From Psammoneis japonica (taxonomy: Eukaryota), in NCBI GenBank assembly GCA_008632985.1, contig QPGO01000029.1:1-64000 (forward strand): a DNA stretch of 64,000 nucleotides, given 5' to 3'. A program made the position numbers and the translations under genes. The notes under the pieces are model-generated. The model made no database searches. It was given only the letters and a program-made list of their open reading frames with translations, and was not told the origin of the DNA. Each line of letters opens with the position of its first letter. Within the stretch, counting starts at the first letter, position 1. Shown here piece after piece: positions 1 through 13,568 of the stretch.

Positions 1-1
1 A

Positions 2-1261
2 ATGAGCGAACGCCATCATTTACGTGATCGTACTCTTATTCTCCGTGTCCTGGTTCCTTCTCTGGAGACGCGTCTTCGTGACAAGATGAAAATGGCGGAA
101 GAACAGGCCAAACGCGCCAAGAAACCTGCTGCCGGTGACTCGTCGTCGTCCTCGGCCTTGTCTTTTATGGATCTCGATGGAGTCACGTGTGAACCAAGTC
201 GAGACGGATCGACCTTGTGGAACTTTCACTGTGACGGGGCTGTGTATCCCGGTCGTCTTGTGAATTTGCCGTGTCCGGGTGAGTTAAAGAAATTTATAGC
301 GAGGCAGAGGGAGACACGTTATTCTCTCTTTTCCTCGCTCTGATTCGTGCTCGATCTATTGAATTTCTTGCTCGTCATTACACATTACTTACTTATATCA
401 CTTACATTACACATCATTTGCTTCTTTTTTCTTTTTCTCGTTTCAGTCGAATTACACAAGACGCACGATCACGCTGTTTATTTCAAGTCGGTCGATGTCG
501 CTCAGCTCTTGATTGTGTACGAAGATCGCATGGAAATGGAAGAGGCCGAAGCCGCACCGGGTTACAAATCGGAAAGCTTTCCCAGTTATTACCATTCGGG
601 TTTGACCCCACCCATGAAGCGCGTCGTGGAACGCCGCTACGAAGCCCGCGATCACAAGGCGGTCCCACCGCCACGACTGGAAGTTCAACAAGTCGAGGAT
701 GAACTCATTACGCTGATTGAACGCGTCAGCAAGGATTCTGGGAAGGGCAGTGGACGAGGTAAAAAGAGTAGCAACAATTCCACGGTGGCACATAAAGTGA
801 TTGAAGAAGTTGTGGAAGATGTGGTGGATTATGAACCGTGGATGGATGATTATGGACGAACGCCGTATGGAATTGAAATTGATGAAAAGGATATCATGTG
901 CAGCAAACATCCCGAATTGTGGATTGATACACAAGAAGTGGCGAAAATCAAAAAGGAACAAACGGAAAAGGAGGACGCGGCCAAGAAGAAAAAGGAAGAA
1001 AAGGCTGCCAAGAAAAAGGAGAAAAAGGCTAAAAAGGCACAAGAAGAAGCCGCCGCCGCGAAGAAACCTTCCGTCAAGAAGGGCATTCCGGCCAAAAAGA
1101 ATATGGAACCCTTGGACGAAGTCGGTCAAGCTGCCGCACAAATGTCACAAGAAATGGACGATGAAGACTTTCTCGAGTATGACCTGGGTTTCAGTTTTGA
1201 TGGGGATGACAAATTTGAAGAATCGTCCGTGGTGGGAATCAATTTGGATGATCTGAGTTAA
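2..1261 (+). CDS. TAF7: TFIID subunit 7 (TAFII55 N-terminal domain) with Lys-rich/acidic tail; exons 2-278 and 447-1261
   Basis: Motifs LILRV...YPGRLVNLPCPVELHKT..YFKSVDVAQLLIVY...YYHSGLTPPMKRVVERR; GT(279)-AG(446) intron joins the two ORFs in frame. Confidence 0.88.
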
Positions 1262-1358
1262 AGAAGGACAGTTTTATTTTGATACGGATATATCTAGAGA
1301 GTTGGCCAGGACATTGCTCCGAGGGGACGCACTGAACGAGGCTTGACGAGAGGTTCCT

Positions 1359-3062
1359 TTAGTGTTTGATTCTCTTGGTTTGAGGGGCTACATGGATATT
1401 CAGCAGGAGCTTCATCAACCACAATTGAAGACTTGCGTCTGATCCTACGCTCGTAAAACTCTGATTGACGGCAGCCGTGGCTTCACTTGGTTTGTCGTCG
1501 GGCTGTTGCGTGGATGAAGCAAGGCTATGAAAAGTCTCGTCGTCGCCAAACTTGGACGTCGCCCTCTTTGGCGACGAGGCGGGAGTGGATAGAACAGGCA
1601 CTCCATTTTGGCTTGCTTGTGACTCAACATCCTCGTTGGCCTCGCTTGGAAACACATTCCGTCCTGGCTTGTTTGGGCTCAGCATCGTCCACGTCCTTGC
1701 TTGGTGAAGGCGGTAAGGAATCATCCACCGATTCTGGATCTGGTCGAGACAAAAATACGGGCCCGTAATCGTCACCAAGATCCATGGAAGAAGGCAATTC
1801 TGTATCCAGATAGGGCAGAACGGGCTCAACCTTGGCTATCTCCCTTGACGTATCCTTCTCGGAAGACGAGCACTCGTGGAGGCCTCCTCTGTAATCATGG
1901 CGAGACGACTCGCCGTGAGGGACGGAAGAGATCTCTTACTCTTGCCAGAGTCGGACGTAAGGTCGGATACGCTCCAGGTGGCAGAGCGAGTCTCTAACTG
2001 ATTCCCCACATGGGATCCTCCATAGGAACTCAGTTTGCTGTCGCCATCATCAATCATTTTCTCAAAGTAATTGCCACTCCGACGCCGAATTCCAATTTGT
2101 CCCGCTAGCGGAGATTTCTTTTGCTCCTTCAAGAGCTTGGTGTTTGATGTTCTTCGCCGAAGAATTCCATAGGTGAAAATGGCGGCAATGACAAAAAAGG
2201 TGGCCGCCATGGAGAGTGCCACCGTTGTGGTCGCCGAGGTGGAGTCTCGGCTCGTGCTACTATCGACGTCGTCGGGAAGAATGGAGAGTGTCTCGAGAAG
2301 AGCGTAGCGGAAATCGGCTCGTAGTATGTCGGAGGAGTACTGCTCAAGCAGCGTATCATTCGCCAGGACGCCTTCAATGGCCATGTAGGCAGTAAACTTG
2401 GCTCCGGTGGCACCTGTGTTTGTAAGACCATGGGCATCGCTGGTATGAGTTTCTGTTAAACTGTGAATAGTACCTTTTCGTTGTTATAAAATGTTCTTGT
2501 ACCTACCTTGGTTGAGAAAGATTGCATTGTATCCGCTAACTATCTGACACGTATCTGACGGTATCAAGCACGTTTCTGTCGTTGGGACAAACATGAAAAC
2601 AACAGAATTAGGTTGAATGCATTACAGACGAACCTTCGACCTCGTTCCTTCCAGGCTGACTCACCATTCGAGATGAACTCATCCGAAAGGGCTGCATCAA
2701 TTAGGTACATTGGACTATCATAACTGTCACACGTATCAAGAGATGAAACTATGGCGTGAAGAATGGCCAGTTGTACCTTCTCGAGTGCATCGAGAGGATC
2801 ACTGCCCTCGGCAACGTCCAACTCGTACTCGTAGTTCAACTCAAGCTTCGCTCTGTACGTCTGTTGGGTGATGTTGTTACAGTTTGTCGTTGCAAGTCTA
2901 GTCAACTCTCGATAAGAATCAAGTTTATTCGATTCATAAGAAGAATGAAGTCTTCGAGCGCTCATTTGCGTGGATCGGAGAAAAGAGCCACTGGCAAGCG
3001 CCACATTCGCGAGAAAAAGCATAAGCATCATTGTCATTGACGCACGTTTGTTGGCAGCGTTC
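1359..3062 (-). CDS. Hypothetical single-pass membrane protein (signal peptide, TM helix, Ser-rich tail); introns ~2576-2664 and 2414-2506, apparent frameshifts near 1860 and 1650
   Basis: Hydrophobic N-terminus MMLMLFLANVALA; spliced exons read FISNE-TCLIPSDTCQIVSGYNAIFLNQG-ATGAKFTAYMAIE; TM segment VALSMAATFFVIAAIFTYGIL followed by RRR. Confidence 0.6.
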
Positions 3063-3563
3063 ATTTTGCCGTTGTGCTCGTTTGATCGTTCCAGGATGAA
3101 ATAAATTGATCGTTTGAATTGGAGTTGTCGCCGCAATGCCATTTGGTAAAGAGTAGGAGTTGTCTCCCTCAAAACCTGGTTTACCATGTGCCTTGCATTC
3201 AAAAATGTGATCGAATCATTCTGGTTCGTGCCGGCGCGACATGTCTGTAGAATGTACACGGTTTTTGTACCAGATGGGTCGCGCCGTACGGCTTTTGAGT
3301 GAGTCCCGCGAGCCCAAAAATTCCCGCCCATTATTCACAAGATTTGAAATTCAATCACTTGACGACTAAGTATGGATTATGTGCAACGGCAACGTTCCAA
3401 CGTTTCATTCATGAACGACTCTATTTTCAAATAGTTTGACTGGTACGAAGGATTCCAAATGCATTTCTTTGTTGCTATGACAATATCAACGATCAAAACG
3501 AATTCGACGTGTTGAAGATTTGCGACCCGTCCATGAGAAAGGAGATCGTTGCTGTAACAAGTC

Positions 3564-4866
3564 ATGGAAAAGTCATTTCTTACTCAGACAGAATGGTCTC
3601 GCTGGTTGACAGAAAAAGCGACGGATGCGTGGGAAGATATTACGTTCAATTCCGACTCTTTTGAGAACAACAAAGCCCCCGAGCCTGTCGTGTCCTTCTC
3701 AATCGGTGCCGGGTTGGCGGGAGTTACAGCCATTTGGTGGTTTCTGCGGTGGAAGAAGCTCGTAGAGTCGGATGAGTTGACCAAGCAGCTTAGAAGTTGT
3801 GAAGGGAATATGTTTGTTTGGTCGTTGGCTCCCTCTATTCGGGCCCTGAGCACCAACGATTCGTAGCTTTCNNNNNNNNNNNNNNNNNNNNNNNNNNNNN
3901 NNNNNNNNNNNNNNNNNNNNNNNNNNNNNNNNNNNNNNNNNNNNNNNNNNNNNNNNNNNNNNNNNNNNNNNNNNNNNNNNNNNNNNNNNNNNNNNNNNNN
4001 NNNNNNNNNNNNNNNNNNNNNNNNNNNNNNNNNNNNNNNNNNNNNNNNNNNNNNNNNNNNNNNNNNNNNNNNNNNNNNNNNNNNNNNNNNNNNNNNNNNN
4101 NNNNNNNNNNNNNNNNNNNNNNNNNNNNNNNNNNNNNNNNNNNNNNNNNNNNNNNNNNNNNNNNNNNNNNNNNNNNNNNNNNNNNNNNNNNNNNNNNNNN
4201 NNNNNNNNNNNNNNNNNNNNNNNNNNNNNNNNNNNNNNNNNNNNNNNNNNNNNNNNNNNNNNNNNNNNNNNNNNNNNNNNNNNNNNNNNNNNNNNNNNNN
4301 NNNNNNNNNNNNNNNNNNNNNNNNNNNNNNNNNNNNNNNNNNNNNNNNNNNNNNNNNNNNNNNNNNNNNNNNNNNNNNNNNNNNNNNNNNNNNNNNNNNN
4401 NNATTCGTGATTTTCAGTTTTGGGGGAAAGTATGGCGGGTGACTTCCTCATCCTCCAAGGCGCAGTTTGAATATACACACAGCGCCAAACAAAAGGAACA
4501 GTCCATTCCGTTGCAAAAGGGGGATCCCGTAGTTTGGCTTCGGTTTGGTATGACCTCTTTTGTCAATGGATTCGGGTACCACACTTTGAATCACTTGATC
4601 CCCATCTTCGCTGCTTCACAAGCTACTGTTGCCATGGTGTAATCTCAGTCGCTCTCGGCATTGGATATCTCTTCAGTCTCGACAAGTCGTCGGGTGGCTC
4701 GGATGTACGCCTTGTCATGGACGATGGAGTGAAGCAAGACAAAAAGGATGCATCTGATAAAAGCGACGGTGAGAATGGAAAGTCTGCCAGCAGTAAGGAC
4801 GCTGCGACACTGATCAAGGAGGCACAAGAGCAGGCGCGGCTTGTTGGAAAAAGAGATGGCCGAGAA
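3564..4866 (+). CDS. Fragmentary hypothetical membrane protein interrupted by assembly gaps
   Basis: Coding-like ORF pieces (3564-3866 with a TM segment; ~4403-4866) flank an N-run; no family recognised. Confidence 0.3.
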
Positions 4867-6114
4867 NNNNNNNNNNNNNNNNNNNNNNNNNNNNNNNNNN
4901 NNNNNNNNNNNNNNNNNNNNNNNNNNNNNNNNNNNNNNNNNNNNNNNNNNNNNNNNNNNNNNNNNNNNNNNNNNNNNNNNNNNNNNNNNNNNNNNNNNNN
5001 NNNNNNNNNNNNNNNNNNNNNNNNNNNNNNNNNNNNNNNNNNNNNNNNNNNNNNNNNNNNNNNNNNNNNNNNNNNNNNNNNNNNNNNNNNNNNNNNNNNN
5101 NNNNNNNNNNNNNNNNNNNNNNNNNNNNNNNNNNNNNNNNNNNNNNNNNNNNNNNNNNNNNNNNNNNNNNNNNNNNNNNNNNNNNNNNNNNNNNNNNNNN
5201 NNNNNNNNNNNNNNNNNNNNNNNNNNNNNNNNNNNNNNNNNNNNNNNNNNNNNNNNNNNNNNNNNNNNNNNNNNNNNNNNNNNNNNNNNNNNNNNNNNNN
5301 NNNNNNNNNNNNNNNNNNNNNNNNNNNNNNNNNNNNNNNNNNNNNNNNNNNNNNNNNNNNNNNNNNNNNNNNNNNNNNNNNNNNNNNNNNNNNNNNNTAC
5401 TAGCTAGAGAGAGCCTCTGTTGANNNNNNNNNNNNNNNNNNNNNNNNNNNNNNNNNNNNNNNNNNNNNNNNNNNNNNNNNNNNNNNNNNNNNNNNNNNNN
5501 NNNNNNNNNNNNNNNNNNNNNNNNNNNNNNNNNNNNNNNNNNNNNNNNNNNNNNNNNNNNNNNNNNNNNNNNNNNNNNNNNNNNNNNNNNNNNNNNNNNN
5601 NNNNNNNNNNNNNNNNNNNNNNNNNNNNNNNNNNNNNNNNNNNNNNNNNNNNNNNNNNNNNNNNNNNNNNNNNNNNNNNNNNNNNNNNNNNNNNNNNNNN
5701 NNNNNNNNNNNNNNNNNNNNNNNNNNNNNNNNNNNNNNNNNNNNNNNNNNNNNNNNNNNNNNNNNNNNNNNNNNNNNNNNNNNNNNNNNNNNNNNNNNNN
5801 NNNNNNNNNNNNNNNNNNNNNNNNNNNNNNNNNNNNNNNNNNNNNNNNNNNNNNNNNNNNNNNNNNNNNNNNNNNNNNNNNNNNNNNNNNNNNNNNNNNN
5901 NNNNNNNNNNNNNNNNNNNNNNNNNNNNNNNNNNNNNNNNNNNNNNNNNNNNNNNNNNNNNNNNNNNNNNNNNNNNNNNNNNNNNNNNNNNNNNNNNNNN
6001 NNNNNNNNNNNNNNNNNNNNNNNNNNNNNNNNNNNNNNNNNNNNNNNNNNNNNNNNNNNNNNNNNNNNNNNNNNNNNNNNNNNNNNNNNNNNNNNNNNNN
6101 NNNNNNNNNNNNNN
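3872..6114. other. Assembly gaps (N runs 3872-4402, 4867-5397, 5424-6114)
   Basis: Runs of n. Confidence 0.98.
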
Positions 6115-6851
6115 CCTCCTTCTTCATATTCATACCCTGTCGCAACTAGGAGCGGAATGTCGTATCGATCCGGAACGCGTAAAATCTCCTTGACTCGTCG
6201 CGCATCGAATCCTTCCATGATGCACGTTGCCAAACCATGGCTCGTGGCTGCTAAAACATAGGTTTGAGCCATGAGCGCTGCATTTTTATAACTCCATGAT
6301 TGAATGGGCTCCACCGATGGCATGGGTTGAACCTGTGACAGCACGTCGGTGGCAATCGTTTTCGCCAGTGTGGCCGCGTGTCCTTCTCCAGTCAGAAAGG
6401 ACGATGCGACGGGCAACACCGCCATGTAATTGATATCTCTCATGTTTGCTTTGGTTTCTAACTCAATGATTCGATTTATTCGTTTTCCCACCTCCAAGTC
6501 AGCCAAAAAGACAGCCAAGGTGGAAGCGTCTCTGGTTCGAAAGTTATTGCCGGCACCCAACATTGCATTCTTGGAAAGTGATTCTTTGATTTTTGGGCAT
6601 TCCACCATGAGAACTTGAGTTGGTTGGAGATTGAAACCTGAGGGAGCTCTCTATTTCGAAAAAGAAAATGAGGACAGGGCCGTGAGAATCAACGGATGTA
6701 GTAGCAGCTGGGTTGGCAGAAATGCAGATATTCATACCAGTGTCGACTCGAGAACGTCGGCAAGAACTGATCTGGGGATNTCGATCTGTTTGGAATCTTT
6801 TGTGGAGTGTCTGGCTCGAGCGATTGCTCGAAAGGATGATGCGTTTGACAT
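6115..6851 (-). CDS. Nitroreductase family flavoprotein (3' end lost in gap; intron ~6652-6737; possible upstream start at 6971)
   Basis: FRAIARARHST..F, RAPSGFNLQP, NAALMAQTYVLAATSHGLATCIMEGFD..VKEILRVPDRYDIPLLVATGY. Confidence 0.88.
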
Positions 6852-7144
6852 TGTTGGGTAAGGGAGTACTTTTTGGTCGAGAAGGGAAAGTTGAAAGTAA
6901 TGACGAGGTTGCATGCGGTGCGTGCCGATCATTGTCGGTCGTCGTTCTGGCTCCGCGATCCGCGTCCACATTGCCTACTGATCAGAGCTGTGACAAGAGC
7001 TCGCACGAGAAAATAGAGAAGGAACCTGGAATCTTAACAGATTCTGATTTTGAAATATCTTTCGTCCAGCCATCATGGATCAGCCATCCCAAAAAACAGA
7101 CACAAGAAACAAGAATGGGATGTTGAATGTTATGAGATTGCACC

Positions 7145-8283
7145 ATGATGTTTGCTTTAAGAGTTAACCAGCATCACCGCAGCCTCGTTTGGCTGCTACT
7201 GTTGTGTTTTGCTTTTGGTATTGTGCTGGATTTACTGCGAGGACGTCGTTTCTGAGACCCTCCTCATCCTCCACAAGGTCAGCAGATTGTTCGATGGCAC
7301 GGGCGTAGCAAAAGACTATTCGTGGAGAGAAGACGCGCTCGAGATTGAAATCACTGTTACTGTTCCAGCGAGAGTTCGTGCTAGGAATGTGGCCTTAAGC
7401 TAAACAAAAGTCGATTGATTTGAGACTCAAAGCCGATGACGAACACGAAGAGGAGATTTTGTTGGACGGAGACCGAGAAATGAGAGGAAAAGTGTGCTTT
7501 GATGGGACGTACTGGGTGATTGAGGAGAACGAAGAGGATCGGACCAAGAAGGATATCACAGTGACAGTGGAGAAGAACATGAGGCCTCCCAAGGATGACT
7601 TTGAGATTATTGAGTACGACTGGAAAGGGGTTTATCTGGATGATGAGGATGAAGTTACAGAGCGAAAGTATGAAGAACCTGAAGAACTTAACGTCAGGGA
7701 GTATGCTGCTAGTATGGGAGTGGATATTGATAATATAAACATGTCAAAGGTCGACAAGTCAATGTTCTCATCAGGGCTCAATATGACACGGCGGACGCTC
7801 GACGAACTCACCAAGGCTGGCTATGTTCAAGAGGTTACTCAACAGGCGGACGGCAAAGAATTCACGGAAGGCGAAGATGGTGAAGCAGTGCCTTTCTCCA
7901 TGCTGGGAGACAAAATTGGGCACGAAGAAACCGAACCAGCACCCGGTACTGCAAAGATTCCATTTTTAGACACTGCATCACCATGGCACAAATCTGTACC
8001 CGTTGAAGATCTAAAGTATGACGGGCCTGAAACGATGGATTCAAATGTGCCTGCAGCAGAACAAGAGGTCGTTGAAGAGGCAGTAGAGGATCCTGCAGAC
8101 AAACCCTTGGATTTACGAGAAGCTATTGATCCAATTGATACACTCACAGTCAAACGCCTCCGAGAGGTACTTCGAGAGCAGGGTCTCAAAGTATCGGGTA
8201 AGAAGCAAGAACTGCGCGACCGCCTTCGGAATCATGTGCAAAGCTTGATGCGAGAAGACGACAATAAAACCAGCCAAGGATAG
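7145..8283 (+). CDS. CS (p23/NudC-like) domain + C-terminal SAP domain protein with N-terminal signal-like presequence; apparent frameshifts in the 5' part
   Basis: YSWREDALEIEITVTVP...IDLRLK...LLDG..MRGKV..DGTYWVIE..ITVTVEK (CS); IDTLTVKRLREVLREQGLKVSGKKQELRDRL (SAP). Confidence 0.72.
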
Positions 8284-8337
8284 CGCCAACTAACGAACTC
8301 TCCCTTACATAATCTTTTTTTTTCATCTTGATTTACT

Positions 8338-10922
8338 TCAATCACAAACGTTTCGTTTCCACTCTTGAGGGATGGTCTTGAGGATGGTTGCCATCCTGTG
8401 ATCACCAGGCCTTCGTGTCTTTGGTATTCCGAGAAGCTGCCGGAATTGCTTATCTGAACATGCATTCCGGACTTGAGTTAAAACAAAACTGTCTACCTGG
8501 CCGTCGTCGCAACATTGTTTGAAGGTAGAGGCCAATAATTCTGTTCGCGACTTGTCTGTAGGTGTCAGATTTGATATTGCTTTGAACAGTGTCCCGTACG
8601 TGATAAAATTAGGACGTTCCACTTTGCAGAGCTTTCGAAATGTCCTCATGGCGCAGCAAACGCATCGCGTTTCTTTCTTGGAGGGTTGCCAGCGCCCTGG
8701 TATGCAGCACAGTTAATCACAGACGAGTAGGTTGTAATGTCTGGGCGTAATCCATGCGGATCAGAACGATACCTTTCTTCTAACTTCTCGAGTATTCTTT
8801 CGGCGCGATGAATTGCATCTGGTTCCTTGCTTCTTCCCCATGCCTTGATGACTATATTGTAGCACACAATAGATTGGTGAAAACCCCGTTCCTCTACCGT
8901 CATCTCTTCTAGATGATCGAGAAGCTGCTGTGCCCGCCGAGCGCCCCCATTGCGTGCTTGATTCGCCCACGCATTCAGCACACCGCAAAACGTCATATGA
9001 TCAGGCCTGACAGACTCATCTCCGTTTCTATACTCAGCTTCCATCCACTTTACAATCTTTTCAGCCTGTACCGCGGCTTGACGATGGTCACTTTGAGACC
9101 ACGCGTTGATTAGAGCATTGAAAACTATCCGGCTCGGCTTCTCGAAGCTACTATTCTCCGTATGGAGTCTCATTACACGACGCACTGTTTCTTGTGCCCG
9201 TTGTGCAGCGACAGTCTTATCGCTAATCTTGCGCTGAAACGCGTTTATCATCGTCACATAAGTGATGGCGTTTGGTTTCAAGTCTGGATCTCCGGTCTCG
9301 GCAAACTTCTGTTCCAAACGTTTTAGAATATCTTCGGCACGATCCACGCCATCTTCATGCCCACTGTGACTCCATGCTCTCATAACCGTCGTGTAGCAGA
9401 CAACATTGGCTCGAATTGAGACTTGACCCATTTCGAAGAGCTGCTCGAAATTATCCAGAACGCGCTGTGCATTCTCGGCCGAGTCCGGAGCCCCGCTCTC
9501 CGCCCATGCCATCATGACGCCACTCCACGTATGAACATCTGGTTTGACATCCACTTCACCCTCTCGAGCTCGTTTTTCCATTTCCACGAGAATGCTCTCG
9601 GCTTTTTGCGCGTTTCGTCGCCCATTCTTGGATTTTATTCTGGCAAACGCTGTAATCAGTGCATTAAAGTTTGCAGTGGTGGGCTTGATACCGGCAATTG
9701 AACCTGCCTCATGCAAGTCATACATGTGCCGCAACACCTGCTCTGCAAGTTTAGCGGCGTTAGGAGAAAGGCTGTTGCCAATCGCGTTGATGCAAGTAGA
9801 GTAGGTGATTGCACTGGGCTTCATGTGGTACTGATCCTTGGCGTAGAGCCTTTCCATTGTCTTTAGGTGAGCCATTGCTTTCGAAGCTGCGATCATTTTC
9901 TCCTTGTGATTCTTTGTTTTAGCCCATGCGTTGATGAGAGCGGTATACGCAACCATATCTACCTCCACTCCATTTCGTTTCATCCTTTCTAACACTGCTT
10001 CTGCCTGTTTTGCCGAATGCGGTTCTCTGCTTCTTGCGTATCCGTTAATAACACTTGTGTAAGTGACGATATTCGGACGAATTGATCCGCGGTGTGTTCT
10101 ATACGACGGAGAATCGTCGTCTTCGGGAATCACTGTAACGTTGGCGTTTTCCATCTCTGTCAAGAGGCGTTCCACATGACGCATCGCCCCTCTCACATTT
10201 CCACTGATTCTGCACCAAGCATTCAGAACTTTTGCATACATGGTGCCGCTTGGGACCATGTTTCGACTCTTCATTTTCTGCAAGATTTCCTCTGCTCTCT
10301 CGGCGGACGTGCCTGTATGCAAGTCACAGCGATCATCTGCCCAAGCTTGGCACACCAGCATGTATGTTACAGCATTCGGCCTGATCGATTCGTCGTTGGT
10401 CTCATTGTACAAAATTTCCATACGATTCAACAAGGCTTCAGCATGCAGGACTGCATCATCATGGCTTGATTGAAGCCAACCGTCAATAACTGTTGTATAA
10501 GAAGCTGCGTTTGGTCTAATGAATAGCGCCGATGAGTTGGTTGCGTTTTGTTGAATGTGAGTGTGGTTCATTTGTTGCGCTCGATATTTTTCTTCCATTA
10601 CCTCCAAGGCATCTTGAGCCCATTGCGGGTCTTCTGAGGCCAAGTTTTGCAGATCCATATTAAAGCTCGCCGCAGACAAAGGTTCGTCCAAATAGCTGAA
10701 AGAAGTGTGGTGTTCTGCAGCATCGTTCTTGTGATGCGTTCGCATCGAAATTTCTTCGCTCGAATCCTTTATCACTCTTAGAAATGTTGCTGACATATAG
10801 GTACGTCTAATTCGAGGGGTGACAAGGCCCCTTGAAGTGAATGGCTCGACGCCATCACGCTTTACAAGTACGAAAACCCCGGCAGTGACACACGCTCGTC
10901 CTGCAAAGCGAGACCTTCTCAT
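8338..10922 (-). CDS. Pentatricopeptide repeat (PPR) protein; frameshift near 8650 joins the C-terminal repeats
   Basis: Many PPR motifs: PNAASYTTVIDGW, PNIVTYTSVINGYA, PDVHTWSGVMMAWA, PDITTYSSVINCAA, PNFITYGTLFKA. Confidence 0.93.
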
Positions 10923-11321
10923 TTTGTGTCGATAAACGCGAAGACTGAAATTCAGAACGAGACTATCTCATCCTAAGCCCTATAGAGACCCCAATATCTT
11001 CTCTAGGTTCCTAGAGATGGCGACCAAGAATAAGAAACCCTGATGCCTCCCCGAACACCATCTCCACTGTTCTGCTCGGAATGCGAAACGAAAGCGAAAG
11101 CATCACGCATCACGCATCAGAGAAATGTGTTATGTCGTTTAGATGCTTGTGCTGCGATTTTTACCTGTAGGGGTCGGTCGGTCGGTCTGTTTTGTTGAAG
11201 TTACAGTCAGTGGAGAGTTTGTTGTCTTAAAATGGTTATCATAGCATAGCAATGTTTAGAAATTTTGACACGTCGAAAGAGAAGCGACTATTGCTAGTCT
11301 AGAACAAAAAACTTGTTGATT

Positions 11322-12372
11322 TCAACCCAGTAGATGCAAACCTCCCGCAGCAACCACCAAACCGGATACCATCATGGCCATGTGGGCAACAACCGAAGCG
11401 CCACATTCCTTCACATCCCCTCCGATAAATGTAATGTGAATCAAAGCTGCTACCCATGCCAAAGAAGCGAGCGCAACCGACGGCAATGGGTTAATTTTCG
11501 GATTCCACAAGGATGCCCACAGTACGGCCTGTGTCAATTTGTATGCAGCGGCAAGCCGCGTAAACATGCTCTCGTGCGCTGATGGGGTCTGGTCCTCTTT
11601 AAAGACAGTAGCGGGCTTGAAAAAAGACAAAAGGCTCAAGAACGACACCGCAGCTAGATCGCATGTGATAAACAGATCGGGCAATAGTTTTCCAGTTGAA
11701 AGACTAAAAGCCAGAAGCAAACTCTCGATCAGAGCTACACTCAAACCCATTTTGGTCGATCGAAGCTTTGAAGGCGGGTCCATAAAGAGACATTGAGATA
11801 GAAAGAAAATTCGAGGAAGAACGCCGATTCCCAACGCTTGTCGAATCTCAGGTACCGTGGGCAAGTGACCTAGTGCCTCGACTTCAGACGCAATACCAAA
11901 CGCAGCAGTCAAACCTATTCCACAAGCAAGAGAGCCAATAAATCGAATTAAAATTCTTCCTGTAGTCTTGTCCTTGTCGTTGAAACCATAAAAGAGTCGA
12001 GCGGACTTTTTGGGCGCAAACCCGCAGGCCAAGCCAAACATCATGGATACCAACGAGAAAAAAGTACCCGCAAGATGCTGACCGAACGTTATCATCTCCT
12101 CACCCGCTAGTACAACAGCTCCTCCCCGACAAGTTAATGCAAGAGCGCTTGGTGATTCAGCTTTTGCATCCGAGAAAAACAAAGTGCTCGGTCTCACATT
12201 GTGGCTGCGGTGGATCCACCCCGGACGACAAGTAGCAGCTGTTGGAGGGCTTCGTCTCACCAAGATTGGATCCGAGTGTCTTGATAATAGGTATGATGGA
12301 GTCGCCGTGTCCTACTCTCAGTATAGCTAGCAGCAAAGGTAAACAGAAAAGAGTTGCAGACATCATCGTCAA
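11322..12372 (-). CDS. Hypothetical multi-pass membrane protein with probable signal peptide (frameshifted N-terminus)
   Basis: 313-aa ORF with several hydrophobic helices; upstream signal-like ORF 12157-12372. Confidence 0.55.
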
Positions 12373-12770
12373 CTACGGTATTGCGCAAGATTGGATTGCA
12401 AATCTGGAAATCTGCGATCTTCGGGTGTCATCAAAACGCCTTAGCGTTTTTGAAGTAATTCTTATCAAACCCATAACTACATTTGCATTTTTTAGACGCT
12501 GGGAAACTTGAGTTCGGTCGTGACTCGTCGCGTTCGTGACCCGACTGCCACCAATCTAGAGTGATGCCAGCTGTCAATTCAAATACTACCGTACCGGTAG
12601 GGCCTCTAGAGGGCTAGAGGAGTCTACTCTAGTCAACGCAATGGATATATTGTAGTAATAATATCGACTAAGATAATGTTGAGAATGGCACCGTTGGTAA
12701 ATATCAAATTATGAATCATAAGGGCGAGTGTTGCTTACAGAAGCACGCATGTGGACGTTTACGCTGTTAC

Positions 12771-13568
12771 CTACAGTTCCATTTGGTCAGATAACGACGC
12801 AACAGAAGGAGTATCAGATTCCGACAGTTTGTCACTCGCTTCGTCTGAGTCGTTTGAGTCTTGCTCAGATATTGCTTCTGTTGAGAACGTTTCTTTGATT
12901 TCGGGTGCCTCAATGTCAAGCCCGTTCGTTGTAAAGCATGTCCCGGGATACTCTTTATCGTCGTGCGTGTGTCTAGCCATTTGTATTGTCGAGCAGCAAC
13001 CGCACCAAAACATAATGCAGCAATCATCAGCCTTTGCCCCAAACATGCTACACATGGGCGGTATTTCATAGTTCTCCCTCATGTATCCTCTTGCGTTGGT
13101 TCCAATGTATACCCATAGCATCCAGAATCCGAACGCTGCAATTGGGCCGACAATCGGAATCATGAATAGGTAGAGCACTATCACGAAGGTAATTACCAGA
13201 ACATTGAATGTCATTGATGCTTCTTCCAGAGTTCCTTTCTGACCCTTCCAGTTGAGGCTCAATCGTGTCAGTATCTGTGCCAAATGGATCGGGCAAAGTA
13301 GACAGCCCATCCAGAACGTGGCTTGGGTCAAAACGTCGCAACACGAGAAAAGGCCATGGCGCCATTCTCCAACGGGAGTATCTAGCTCAATCTCCTCTTT
13401 CAACGACTCCTCCTCCTCCTCTTCATCATCAGGATAGGGAACTTCAAACTCCTCGCCCTCCTCCACATGCTTTGGTACCGTCACAGTGAATGTTTTTCCG
13501 TCGATCGTCGCGTCAAATTTGTAACCAGCTTCAAGAGTAGCCGGGGCGATCACTTTCACTACATACAT
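12771..13568 (-). CDS. PLAC8 family Cys-rich membrane protein
   Basis: GEWRHGLFSCCD...CPIHLAQILTRL...DDCCIMFWCGCCSTIQMARHT; N-terminal VKVIAPATLEAGYKFDA extension. Confidence 0.88.
   Translation of the reverse strand: MYVVKVIAPATLEAGYKFDATIDGKTFTVTVPKHVEEGEEFEVPYPDDEEEEEESLKEEIELDTPVGEWRHGLFSCCDVLTQATFWMGCLLCPIHLAQILTRLSLNWKGQKGTLEEASMTFNVLVITFVIVLYLFMIPIVGPIAAFGFWMLWVYIGTNARGYMRENYEIPPMCSMFGAKADDCCIMFWCGCCSTIQMARHTHDDKEYPGTCFTTNGLDIEAPEIKETFSTEAISEQDSNDSDEASDKLSESDTPSVASLSDQMEL

Noticed and set aside
452..1141. Antisense ORFs opposite TAF7, PRP22, CBP and other genes
   Set aside because: Shadow ORFs of well-supported genes on the other strand.
3699..6193. Long ORFs made of X residues
   Set aside because: Artefacts of translating through N gaps.
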